Source: Rhodospirillaceae bacterium (GTDB lineage Bacteria; Pseudomonadota; Alphaproteobacteria; UBA828). From it: a stretch of 43,220 bases of DNA. Each line of letters opens with the position of its first letter. Within the stretch, counting starts at the first letter, position 1. This document shows positions 35,919 through 43,220 of the stretch, one piece after another. The notes under the pieces are model-generated. The model had not been told where the DNA came from and ran no database searches. It saw only the letters and a list, made by a program, of their open reading frames with translations. The stretch lies in contig PBDG01000046.1 of assembly GCA_002717225.1 (NCBI GenBank), positions 8,664 through 51,883 on the forward strand. The letters run 5' to 3'. The position numbers and the translations under genes were made by a program.

Positions 35919-37988
35919 ATGAGTTACCGTCTTGGCATCGATATTGGCGGCACCTTTACAGACTTTGCCCTATTCGACGAAGCGAAGGGCAAAATGTGTA
36001 TCCACAAGCAACTCACCACTTCGGACGATCCCTCCCGCGCAGTGCTTGAAGGTTGCACCCATTTGCTGAAGCGCAAAGGGGTAGATTTTGCTGATGTCGA
36101 TACCATCGCCCATGGCACCACGTTGGTGACCAACGCGGTGATTGAGCGGCGCGGCGCGATAACTGGCATGCTGGTTACCGAAGGATTCCGTGACGTGCTC
36201 GATATGGCGCGCGAGACGCGTTATGATCTGTTTGATCTCCGACTTGCCTTTCCGGACCCACTCGTGCCGCGCCATTTGCGCCGCGAGGTGGCAGAGCGCG
36301 TGAAGTTTGACGGTTCGATTGAGACGTTGCCGGAGAAGGCAGAGCTACTCGCCAGCATCGCTGATCTGGTGGAGAAGGGAATAGAAGCGCTCGCTATTTG
36401 CTTTCTCCACTCCTATGCCAATCCGGCCCATGAGCGTCTCGCGCGCAAAGTTGCGGAATCCAATTTTCCTGACCTCTATGTCTCCACTTCGGCAGACATC
36501 TTTTCCAACATGCGCGAGTTTGAACGCTGGACCACTACGGCTGTCAACGCCTATACGCAACCACTGTTCGACAGTTATCTCGCCCGTCTTGAAGGCGGTC
36601 TGCAGGCGGCTGGCTTCTCCGGACGGCTTCTGGTGATGACCTCTTCTGGCGGTATGCTGGCGCCCGAGGCAGCTCGGCGCTACCCAGTGCGTGCGCTCGA
36701 GTCCGGCCCGGCGGCGGGAGCACTGATGTCTGCCTATCACGGGCGGGCGCTGGATATTCCCAACCTCTTGTCTTTCGACATGGGCGGGACCACAGCGAAG
36801 GGCGCGCTGGTCAACGGGTATCAACCGCTCAAACAATACGATATGGAGGTCGCACGGTTGCACGACTTCAAGCGCGGTAGCGGCCTGCCGGTTAAGGTGC
36901 CGGTAATTGATATGGTCGAGATTGGCTCGGGTGGTGGCAGCTTAGCGGAAGTCGATGAGCGTGGCCTCATTCGCGTTGGACCGAGAAGCGCCGGTGCTGA
37001 TCCGGGGCCGGCCTGCTACGGTAAAGGCGGAAGACGTGCGGCCCTGACCGACGCCAATCTCCTGCTTGGCTACCTCGATGCGGAATTTTTCCTTGGTGGT
37101 GATATGATGCTTGACTGTGATGCAGCTCGTGCCGCTATCCAGAAACATGTAGCCACCCCGCTCGGCGTGACGGTGGAGCGCGCGGCTTGGGGAATACACG
37201 AGATCATTAATGAAGATGTTGCGCGCGCTTTCCGTATACATGCCTCTGAACGCGGCTTCGATTATCGCGGTGCAAGTATGGTTGCATTCGGCGGCTCGGG
37301 CCCGGCCCACGCCATGGCCGTGGCGCGCAAGCTGAAGATTTCACGCGTCATCTTTCCCGCCGGAGCTGGAGTGATGTCGGCCTTTGGCCTCTTGGTCAGC
37401 CCGCTTGCCTTTGAATTGTCGCGCTCTGAGCCCTGCGTGCTGGCCGAGCTCGACGAAACACGTTTTGCCGAGCGCTTTCGGGTCATGGGGGAGGAAGCTT
37501 CGGAACTGCTGCTCGCCGCTGGCGTCAGCGCGGCCAGTATTCGCCACCGGCGCCGGCTCGATATGCGCTATCAGGGGCAGGGCTACGAGATCGAGGTGGC
37601 GCTGCCGGAGAATTGCGCTTTCGCCGACCTGCCGGCGCTGTTCCGCAAAACCTACGCCCAAACTTTTTCCACCAGCATGTTGGATGAACCTCTCGAAATC
37701 GTTACTTGGAAAGTTGAAGCGGTTGGGCCGGAGGCGGCATTGACCGACGGTTTTCGCCTAGAGGATTCGGCTGGTACCGGCCCTGCACAAAAAGGTAGCC
37801 GTCAGGCATATTTTACCAACGGGTATACCGATTGCCCGGTCTACGACCGTAGTTTGCTCGAACAGGGAGCTGCAATCACTGGACCAGCGCTGATCGAGGA
37901 GCGTGAATCGACTTGCGTCATCGGTCCGGGAGATTTGGTGCGGGTGGACGAGATGCGCAATCTTGTCGCCGAGTTGGGAGAAAGCTAA
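35919..37988 (+). CDS. hyuA: Hydantoinase/5-oxoprolinase subunit A (ATP-dependent lactamase)
   Basis: GIDIGGTFTD, HGTTLVTNA, ESGPAAG, DMGGTT, GSGGGS, GPRSAGADPGPACY and DMRYQGQGYE. ATG at 35919. Confidence 0.92.
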   Translation: MSYRLGIDIGGTFTDFALFDEAKGKMCIHKQLTTSDDPSRAVLEGCTHLLKRKGVDFADVDTIAHGTTLVTNAVIERRGAITGMLVTEGFRDVLDMARETRYDLFDLRLAFPDPLVPRHLRREVAERVKFDGSIETLPEKAELLASIADLVEKGIEALAICFLHSYANPAHERLARKVAESNFPDLYVSTSADIFSNMREFERWTTTAVNAYTQPLFDSYLARLEGGLQAAGFSGRLLVMTSSGGMLAPEAARRYPVRALESGPAAGALMSAYHGRALDIPNLLSFDMGGTTAKGALVNGYQPLKQYDMEVARLHDFKRGSGLPVKVPVIDMVEIGSGGGSLAEVDERGLIRVGPRSAGADPGPACYGKGGRRAALTDANLLLGYLDAEFFLGGDMMLDCDAARAAIQKHVATPLGVTVERAAWGIHEIINEDVARAFRIHASERGFDYRGASMVAFGGSGPAHAMAVARKLKISRVIFPAGAGVMSAFGLLVSPLAFELSRSEPCVLAELDETRFAERFRVMGEEASELLLAAGVSAASIRHRRRLDMRYQGQGYEIEVALPENCAFADLPALFRKTYAQTFSTSMLDEPLEIVTWKVEAVGPEAALTDGFRLEDSAGTGPAQKGSRQAYFTNGYTDCPVYDRSLLEQGAAITGPALIEERESTCVIGPGDLVRVDEMRNLVAELGES

Positions 37989-39616
37989 TGGACGCCATCG
38001 CCCTTGGCATCATGTGGGATCGGTTGATCTCGATCACCGACGAAATCGTTTCCACTCTGGTGCGTACCTCCTTTTCGACTATTGTGCGCGAGGCTTACGA
38101 CCTCACTGCCGTGATCACCGACGCAGACGGTCATCTGCTGGCACAGGGCAGTTGGAGCGCGCCGCCTTTCATTGGCACCGCACCTTTGACCATGGCCCAC
38201 ACCATGAAGAAATTTCCGCCGCATACGCTGAAGCCTGGCGATGTGCTGGCGACTAATGATCCCTGGATTGGTACCGGCCATATGTTCGATATCACCGTCA
38301 TGCGTCCAGTGTTCAAGGGCGACCGGCTAGTTGGCTATACTATGAGTATCACCCATTTGCCGGATATCGGCGGTACCGGGTTTGGCGCGACAGCAACGGA
38401 AATTTATCACGAGGGCTTGCGCCTGCCGCTCTGCAAACTGTTGAAGGAAGGCGAGGTCAACGAATTTCTGCTCGAACTGATCGAGGCAAATGTACGCGTG
38501 CCGGAACAGGTTTTGGGCGATGTGATGGCTAATGTCGCCTGCAACGAGGTGGGCGGACGGCAGTTACTCGAATTCATGGAGGAGCAGGATCTCGATGATC
38601 TTACTGACCTATCAGTCGCTATTCGAGATCAATCAGAGCGTATGACTCGCGCTGCCATAGCTGAAATTGAGGATGGCACCTACTGGAACAGCCTTCAGAT
38701 AGAAGGCATCGACGAACCTATCACGCTCGCCTGCCGCATCGATGTCGAGGGTGAGAGAGTTCATATCGATATGGCGGGAACAGACCCAGCGGTGGAGCGC
38801 GGCATCAACGTGCCTTATTGCTATACCAACGCAATGTCGCTCTATTCCCTGAAATGTCTAACCGTTCCTTCCTTACCAAATAATGAAGGCGCGACTAAAC
38901 CGATCACCGTAGCGGCGCCCGAGGGCTGTATACTCAACGCCCAGCCGCCGTCGCCGACCGGTGGGCGACACATCATCGGCCATTTTGTTTCGCCACTTAT
39001 TTTTGGTGCCTTGGCTGAGGCCGCACCGGACAGCGTGCAGGCTGATACCGGCATGCTCGATTTGATGAACTTCGTTGGCACACACAAGAGCGGTCGCGGC
39101 GTTTCAACAATTTATTTCGCGTCCGGCGGATTCGGCGCACTGCAAAATCATGACGGTCCGCCGACTTTACCGGGTCCGTCGAACATGGCGGTGGTGCCGG
39201 CGGAGGTGTGGGAGAGTGTGACTAGTACGCTCATAGAAAAGCGTACGCTGTTGCCGGATTCGGGCGGGTCAGGCGCGGCACGCGGCGGGCTTGGCCAAGA
39301 GGTCGTCATCCGCAACGATTCCGGACATCCGATGACCGTGTTTTCTATGGCGAACCGCTGCGAATTTCCACCACTCGGCCTGCTCGGCGGCAATGATGGG
39401 CCTTTGCGAGAGCACCTCATCAATGGCGAGACCGTACACCCCAAGGCTCGTCACGTGCTTGCGCCGGGAGACCGGGTCACACTGAAACAACCCGGCGGCG
39501 GTGGCTTCGGTCCCGTAGCCGAACGCCCGCGCGATAAAATAATTGCGGACGTGCGGCACGGCTTCGTTAGCATTGAGGGTGCAAAACGTGATTACGGCGT
39601 CGATGTAGACGGGTGA
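37988..39616 (+). CDS. hyuB: Hydantoinase/5-oxoprolinase subunit B
   Basis: RTSFSTIVRE..D, NDPWIGTGHMFD, HLPDIGG, EIYHEGL, DSGGSG..RGGLG and PGGGGFG. TAATG overlap with subunit A. Confidence 0.92.
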   Translation: MDAIALGIMWDRLISITDEIVSTLVRTSFSTIVREAYDLTAVITDADGHLLAQGSWSAPPFIGTAPLTMAHTMKKFPPHTLKPGDVLATNDPWIGTGHMFDITVMRPVFKGDRLVGYTMSITHLPDIGGTGFGATATEIYHEGLRLPLCKLLKEGEVNEFLLELIEANVRVPEQVLGDVMANVACNEVGGRQLLEFMEEQDLDDLTDLSVAIRDQSERMTRAAIAEIEDGTYWNSLQIEGIDEPITLACRIDVEGERVHIDMAGTDPAVERGINVPYCYTNAMSLYSLKCLTVPSLPNNEGATKPITVAAPEGCILNAQPPSPTGGRHIIGHFVSPLIFGALAEAAPDSVQADTGMLDLMNFVGTHKSGRGVSTIYFASGGFGALQNHDGPPTLPGPSNMAVVPAEVWESVTSTLIEKRTLLPDSGGSGAARGGLGQEVVIRNDSGHPMTVFSMANRCEFPPLGLLGGNDGPLREHLINGETVHPKARHVLAPGDRVTLKQPGGGGFGPVAERPRDKIIADVRHGFVSIEGAKRDYGVDVDG

Positions 39617-40020
39617 AGTCTATGAGCGCGACCTGCTACAGCCCTTCCTGTATCTTCGACGGCGCCGAAATTTCTTGTGCCGCCGATATGTTGTATCAGG
39701 GTCAGAGTTATATAGTTGAGGTTTGGATCCCGTTAGCGTCGGTGGCGCGGAGAAAGGCGTCTAACTTTTCGGTGCGCGCGCTGCAGGTGGATGCAACTCT
39801 GAAGGACATTGTGCTTGGAGTGCGCCGGGTCTGGCGCAACGGCGATTGGTGCAGCGCACAGATCTATGATCGCCTTCGCCTCATATTTGGTGCTATCGTG
39901 CTGGGCTCCACCAACCTGGAGAAACCGGATAGCACGACTTTCGTCGATCCTGGATTGGCTGGTGAGGTTGATGGGTATAGAAATTTGATCTTGGCGCTGA
40001 GCGATGACGAAAACCGGTGA
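39613..40020 (+). pseudogene. Degenerate C-terminal fragment of a second hydantoinase A gene
   Basis: ADMLYQGQSY and IYDR..L..G....G...LEKPDSTTFVDPG...VDGYRNLIL match only the last ~150 aa of HyuA, with an internal deletion. Confidence 0.7.
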
Positions 40021-41482
40021 GACTCATATCGAAGCCTTGCGCGATGGGCGCAATGTGATTCTCAAGGGCGAAAACGTTTCCGACGTCACGACCCATGCGT
40101 CCTATCGCAATTCGGTGGCGACATCAGCCCTTCTATATGATTTCCAGGCAGCGCCAGAGAATGTCGAGGCGCTGACATACATCTCTCCCGACAGCGGTGA
40201 GCGGGTAAGTCGCTGCTGGCAGCTCTGCGAGAGCTATGAAGAGCTGCGTGCGCGCCGCGCCGCGCTCGAAAGTTGGGCAGAGTGCCATTTCGGTTTTCTG
40301 GGCCGCTCGCCCGATCACGTCGCTTCCGGTCTTGCTGGGCAGATTATGGGGATCGAGGTGTTCGAGCGTTGGAATTCCAGTCGGGCCGGCGCGCTCAAGG
40401 ATTACTACCGTTACGCTCGCGACAAAGATCTTTACCTTAGCTATGTGATTATCAACCCCCAGGCCGACCGTTCCAAGGGTGCGGGTGAGCAGGATGACCC
40501 CTACCTTACTGCACGCATCGTTGATGAAGATGCCGAGGGCATCACCGTACGTGGCGCCAAGATGCTTGGCACGAGTTGCATCATGTCGAACGAGGTCTGG
40601 GTAACAACGATCCAGCCCCTGAAGGAGGAGGAAGGCGTTTACGCTCTTAGCTTCGCTATTCCAATGAACCAGAAGGGCTTGAAGATTCTTTCGCGCAAAT
40701 CCTACGAGGAGGCAGCGGTCTCAGAGTTTGATAATCCGCTTTCCTGCCGCTTCGACGAAAACGATGCAGTGCTTTATTTTGATGATGTGAAGGTACCGTG
40801 GGAGCGGGTGTTCATAGCCGGTGACGTTGAGATGTGCGGCGCACAGTTCCATGGCACGCCGTCTCATGTGCATCAGAATTATCAGTGCCAGATCCGCCTC
40901 AATGTAAAAATGCGCTTCCTCACTGGCCTGGCGCATAAAATCGCCGAGGCCAATGGCGTGATCTCAATCCCTTCAGTGCGTGAGATGCTCGGCCAAATGG
41001 CTGCAGATGCGGCGTTAGTTGATTCCATGTTGAATGCGATGGAAGTCAAGGGTAGGCATTGGGGGCCTTATTACGTGGTTGATCGCCACACGCTCTATGC
41101 TGCTCAGGTGCAGACCCAACAACTTTATCCACGGTTCATCTCAGCGCTTCGAGAGTTGGCAGGCGGCGGTATGATCATGCTGCCGTCATCGGCGGAGGAT
41201 TTCGCCAATCCTCAAGTTGCAGACTATATTCACCGGACCCAGGGCTCTCCGGTGTTTACGCCCGAGGAGCGAGTAAAATTTTTTAAATTAGCATGGGACG
41301 CTGTTGGCAGTGAGTTCGCCTCGCGTCATCTGCAATATGAAATGTTCTACGCTGGCGCCAGCTTTGTTACAAAGTCCCATTCATACCGTACCTACGATTG
41401 GGGAGAAGCGGCAGACCTGTTCGGTCGCATGTTCGATAGCTATAGCTTGGTGGATTCACTCGGTGGTGCAAATGATGCATAG
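40004..41482 (+). CDS. Two-component flavin-dependent monooxygenase, oxygenase subunit (4-hydroxyphenylacetate 3-hydroxylase HpaB family)
   Basis: LRDGRNV..GE.V.DVTTH, GRSPDH, GITVRGAKMLGT, RFDENDA..FDDVKVPWERVF and AWDAVGSEFASRHLQYEMFY. Confidence 0.92.
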   Translation: MTKTGETHIEALRDGRNVILKGENVSDVTTHASYRNSVATSALLYDFQAAPENVEALTYISPDSGERVSRCWQLCESYEELRARRAALESWAECHFGFLGRSPDHVASGLAGQIMGIEVFERWNSSRAGALKDYYRYARDKDLYLSYVIINPQADRSKGAGEQDDPYLTARIVDEDAEGITVRGAKMLGTSCIMSNEVWVTTIQPLKEEEGVYALSFAIPMNQKGLKILSRKSYEEAAVSEFDNPLSCRFDENDAVLYFDDVKVPWERVFIAGDVEMCGAQFHGTPSHVHQNYQCQIRLNVKMRFLTGLAHKIAEANGVISIPSVREMLGQMAADAALVDSMLNAMEVKGRHWGPYYVVDRHTLYAAQVQTQQLYPRFISALRELAGGGMIMLPSSAEDFANPQVADYIHRTQGSPVFTPEERVKFFKLAWDAVGSEFASRHLQYEMFYAGASFVTKSHSYRTYDWGEAADLFGRMFDSYSLVDSLGGANDA

Positions 41483-41497
41483 GGGAGATCAAGTGAT

Positions 41498-41878
41498 ATG
41501 GCGATAGATAAGCAGCACCTTGAATTTCACGCCCTAGATTTGAATTCAGGGTGGGAGACCCCAATTGGCTATCCTAAGGGTATTGAGCAGAAAATTTTGG
41601 CGGGTAGTTTGGATGAGGAAAACAAAACCGGGGGGCGTTCGCGTCTTCTCCGCATCCAGCCCGGAATACATACTACGGCGCCATTTCGCCACGATTACTG
41701 GGAAGAGGTCTACCTGCTATCGGGCGATTTGACAGTCGGTAACGATGCTGATGGCAGGGGGGGCGAGAGCTTTAAGCCTCCGACTTATGCCTGCCGCCCA
41801 CCGCACACCGATCACGGACCATTCAAATCAGAAGGTGGCTGTGTGATGTTTGAAATCCACTACTACGACCCGGCTTAA
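41498..41878 (+). CDS. Cupin (ChrR-like) protein
   Basis: HDYWEEVYLLSGDL and YACRPPHTDHGPF. GGGGAG RBS. Confidence 0.85.
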   Translation: MAIDKQHLEFHALDLNSGWETPIGYPKGIEQKILAGSLDEENKTGGRSRLLRIQPGIHTTAPFRHDYWEEVYLLSGDLTVGNDADGRGGESFKPPTYACRPPHTDHGPFKSEGGCVMFEIHYYDPA

Positions 41879-42016
41879 TATTGTGCTTTAGCCGTATATT
41901 TTGCCTTTCATCAAATAAATTGTCTGCGTTTCGATGCCCTTAATTTCAATTAAGTTTTAGTAATTTATGCCAATACGGCGCTACTAATTCTCCAGTGGGT
42001 TTTAAGGGGGGACAGA

Positions 42017-42652
42017 ATGACGAAGTATGCGGTCGATCTAGCGCGGATGGCGTTAGTCAATGTGGATATGCAGGTCGCCTTCGTTGAGGGCACGCCACTT
42101 TCCGCGCCGAACGGCGTAGCGCTTCTGCCGATTGTCAATCGTCTGGCGGAGGCGTGCCGCCGGGCGGGCATGATGGTGATTCACACAAGGCATGTCACGC
42201 GCCCCGATGGTAGCAATCTTGGCACTATGGGCGAGCTTATCGACGCGGTGCGCGAGGGATATATTATGGACGGCTCGGAAACTGCCAAGCTGCATCCTGG
42301 GCTTGATATAAAAGAAGGCGATATAGTCCTGGATAAACCGCGCTATGGCGCCTTCAGCGGCACCGATCTTGATAACCTGCTGCGCGCTAATGGTGTTGAT
42401 ACCATCATAGTGAGCGGAATTTGCACGAACATTTGCTGCGAGACGACAACCCGGGAAGCTGGAATGCGCGATTATCATGTCTTCTTTATGGAGGACGGCA
42501 CCGAGACCTTTCCTGCCGGTGGCCTCACGGTCGAAGAGATCAAGAGGGCAGTGCATACCACTCTTGGCCTCGCTTTCGCGAACGTGATTCCCGTCGCCGA
42601 GATGATCGCGCGGATCGGCAGAGCTTCTAGAAAGGCTACGGCCGCCGAATAA
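42017..42652 (+). CDS. Isochorismatase-family cysteine hydrolase
   Basis: Asp-Lys-Cys triad in VDMQ, DKPRYGAF and GICTNICCETT. Confidence 0.92.
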   Translation: MTKYAVDLARMALVNVDMQVAFVEGTPLSAPNGVALLPIVNRLAEACRRAGMMVIHTRHVTRPDGSNLGTMGELIDAVREGYIMDGSETAKLHPGLDIKEGDIVLDKPRYGAFSGTDLDNLLRANGVDTIIVSGICTNICCETTTREAGMRDYHVFFMEDGTETFPAGGLTVEEIKRAVHTTLGLAFANVIPVAEMIARIGRASRKATAAE

Positions 42653-42659
42653 CGATTAT

Positions 42660-43220
42660 TCAGCCGGCGATTGGCAGTGACATGATGTCGTATCCGTGGG
42701 AGATGCGGCGATTCAACACTGGATCTTCCAGTTCGAACTCGAAACGTGGTGCTGAGGCTATGCCGCCGATCGCTGGCAGCGTGCCGCCAAACATTATCGT
42801 GCCTGGTGTGAGAGTGCCGCCGCTGTTCGTATAGCGAGCAATAAGATCATCTGGCGTTCGCATTCCTATTACGCTGCCTTCTTGATATAGGCACCGATCG
42901 CCATTTACCACTCTCCAGGATCGCAATATCAGTTCATCCCAATGTTCTGCGACTTCCGCATATGGCCACGCAGTGTCGGCAAGGGGCTTGTCGCACATTT
43001 GTTTTGAGACGGTTACGCCGTAGGTTTCAACATCCCGGTCTGTATGATCGGAGCCGGCACCGACATAAAGACCATGATCGGATTGAAAAAGTACAAATTC
43101 TACTTCCCCACTCGATTGGTCGCCGCTTGTTTCTATCGTACTTGCCGTGGTGAGGCGGGCTGCAGCGACGCGGTAGAATAACGGTGTAGCGGCGGGACGC
43201 TTGACGCCGAGTTTTTCGAG
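42660..43220 (-). CDS. DUF2848 family protein (FAH-like fold), 5' end beyond the window
   Basis: The frame is open to the window edge: LGVKRPAATPLFYRV..SSGEVEF..GSDHTDR..VSKQMCDKP..LYQEG..GGT. Confidence 0.85.
   Translation of the reverse strand, partial: LEKLGVKRPAATPLFYRVAAARLTTASTIETSGDQSSGEVEFVLFQSDHGLYVGAGSDHTDRDVETYGVTVSKQMCDKPLADTAWPYAEVAEHWDELILRSWRVVNGDRCLYQEGSVIGMRTPDDLIARYTNSGGTLTPGTIMFGGTLPAIGGIASAPRFEFELEDPVLNRRISHGYDIMSLPIAG

Noticed and set aside
41940-41953. TTAA-N6-TTAA motifs (also 19854-19867) as CtrA boxes
   Set aside because: The spacer is 6 nt, not 7.
1-43220. CRISPR arrays, tRNA/rRNA genes, transposases, integrases or anti-phage defence genes
   Set aside because: I found no spaced direct repeats, tRNA T-loop/acceptor patterns or relevant protein motifs by eye. 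Short or degenerate elements could have been missed without tools.

Overview
A gene-dense bacterial window of about 44 genes with moderately high GC. It is most likely alphaproteobacterial (Rhodospirillales-like), inferred from the one-Cys DksA, DUF3553 and the FDH1-type formate dehydrogenase. From left to right: (i) the 3' part of a D-amino acid dehydrogenase, an HpnB-like glycosyltransferase and an HcnABC/OoxAB-type three-subunit flavoprotein operon; (ii) an MDR oxidoreductase, a decayed GST pseudogene, an MBL-fold protein that has lost most metal ligands, DUF1499 and a fluoroacetate-dehalogenase-like hydrolase; (iii) an NAD-linked Mo/W formate dehydrogenase locus (fdhD, mobA, DUF364, alpha subunit, NuoE-NuoF fused beta subunit, LysR, DUF3553); (iv) dksA, a lower-GC patch of small genes and csrA; (v) a ~21 kb catabolic region with an orphan ubiX, four amidase-signature amidases, two thiolase-fold genes (one paired with DUF35), a MaoC/CitE pair, a poly-G-frameshifted TauE, hydantoinase/oxoprolinase A+B, an HpaB-family monooxygenase with swapped active-site residues, a cupin, a cysteine hydrolase and DUF2848. 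I saw no rRNA, tRNA, CRISPR array or transposase. The best candidates for undescribed biology are the 32.8-43.2 kb heterocycle/amide catabolic module, the intact MBL pseudo-enzyme, the FDH-coupled DUF364, and a csrA with CtrA-like boxes near a possible fliX relic. All family assignments come from motif recognition by eye; no database search was run.
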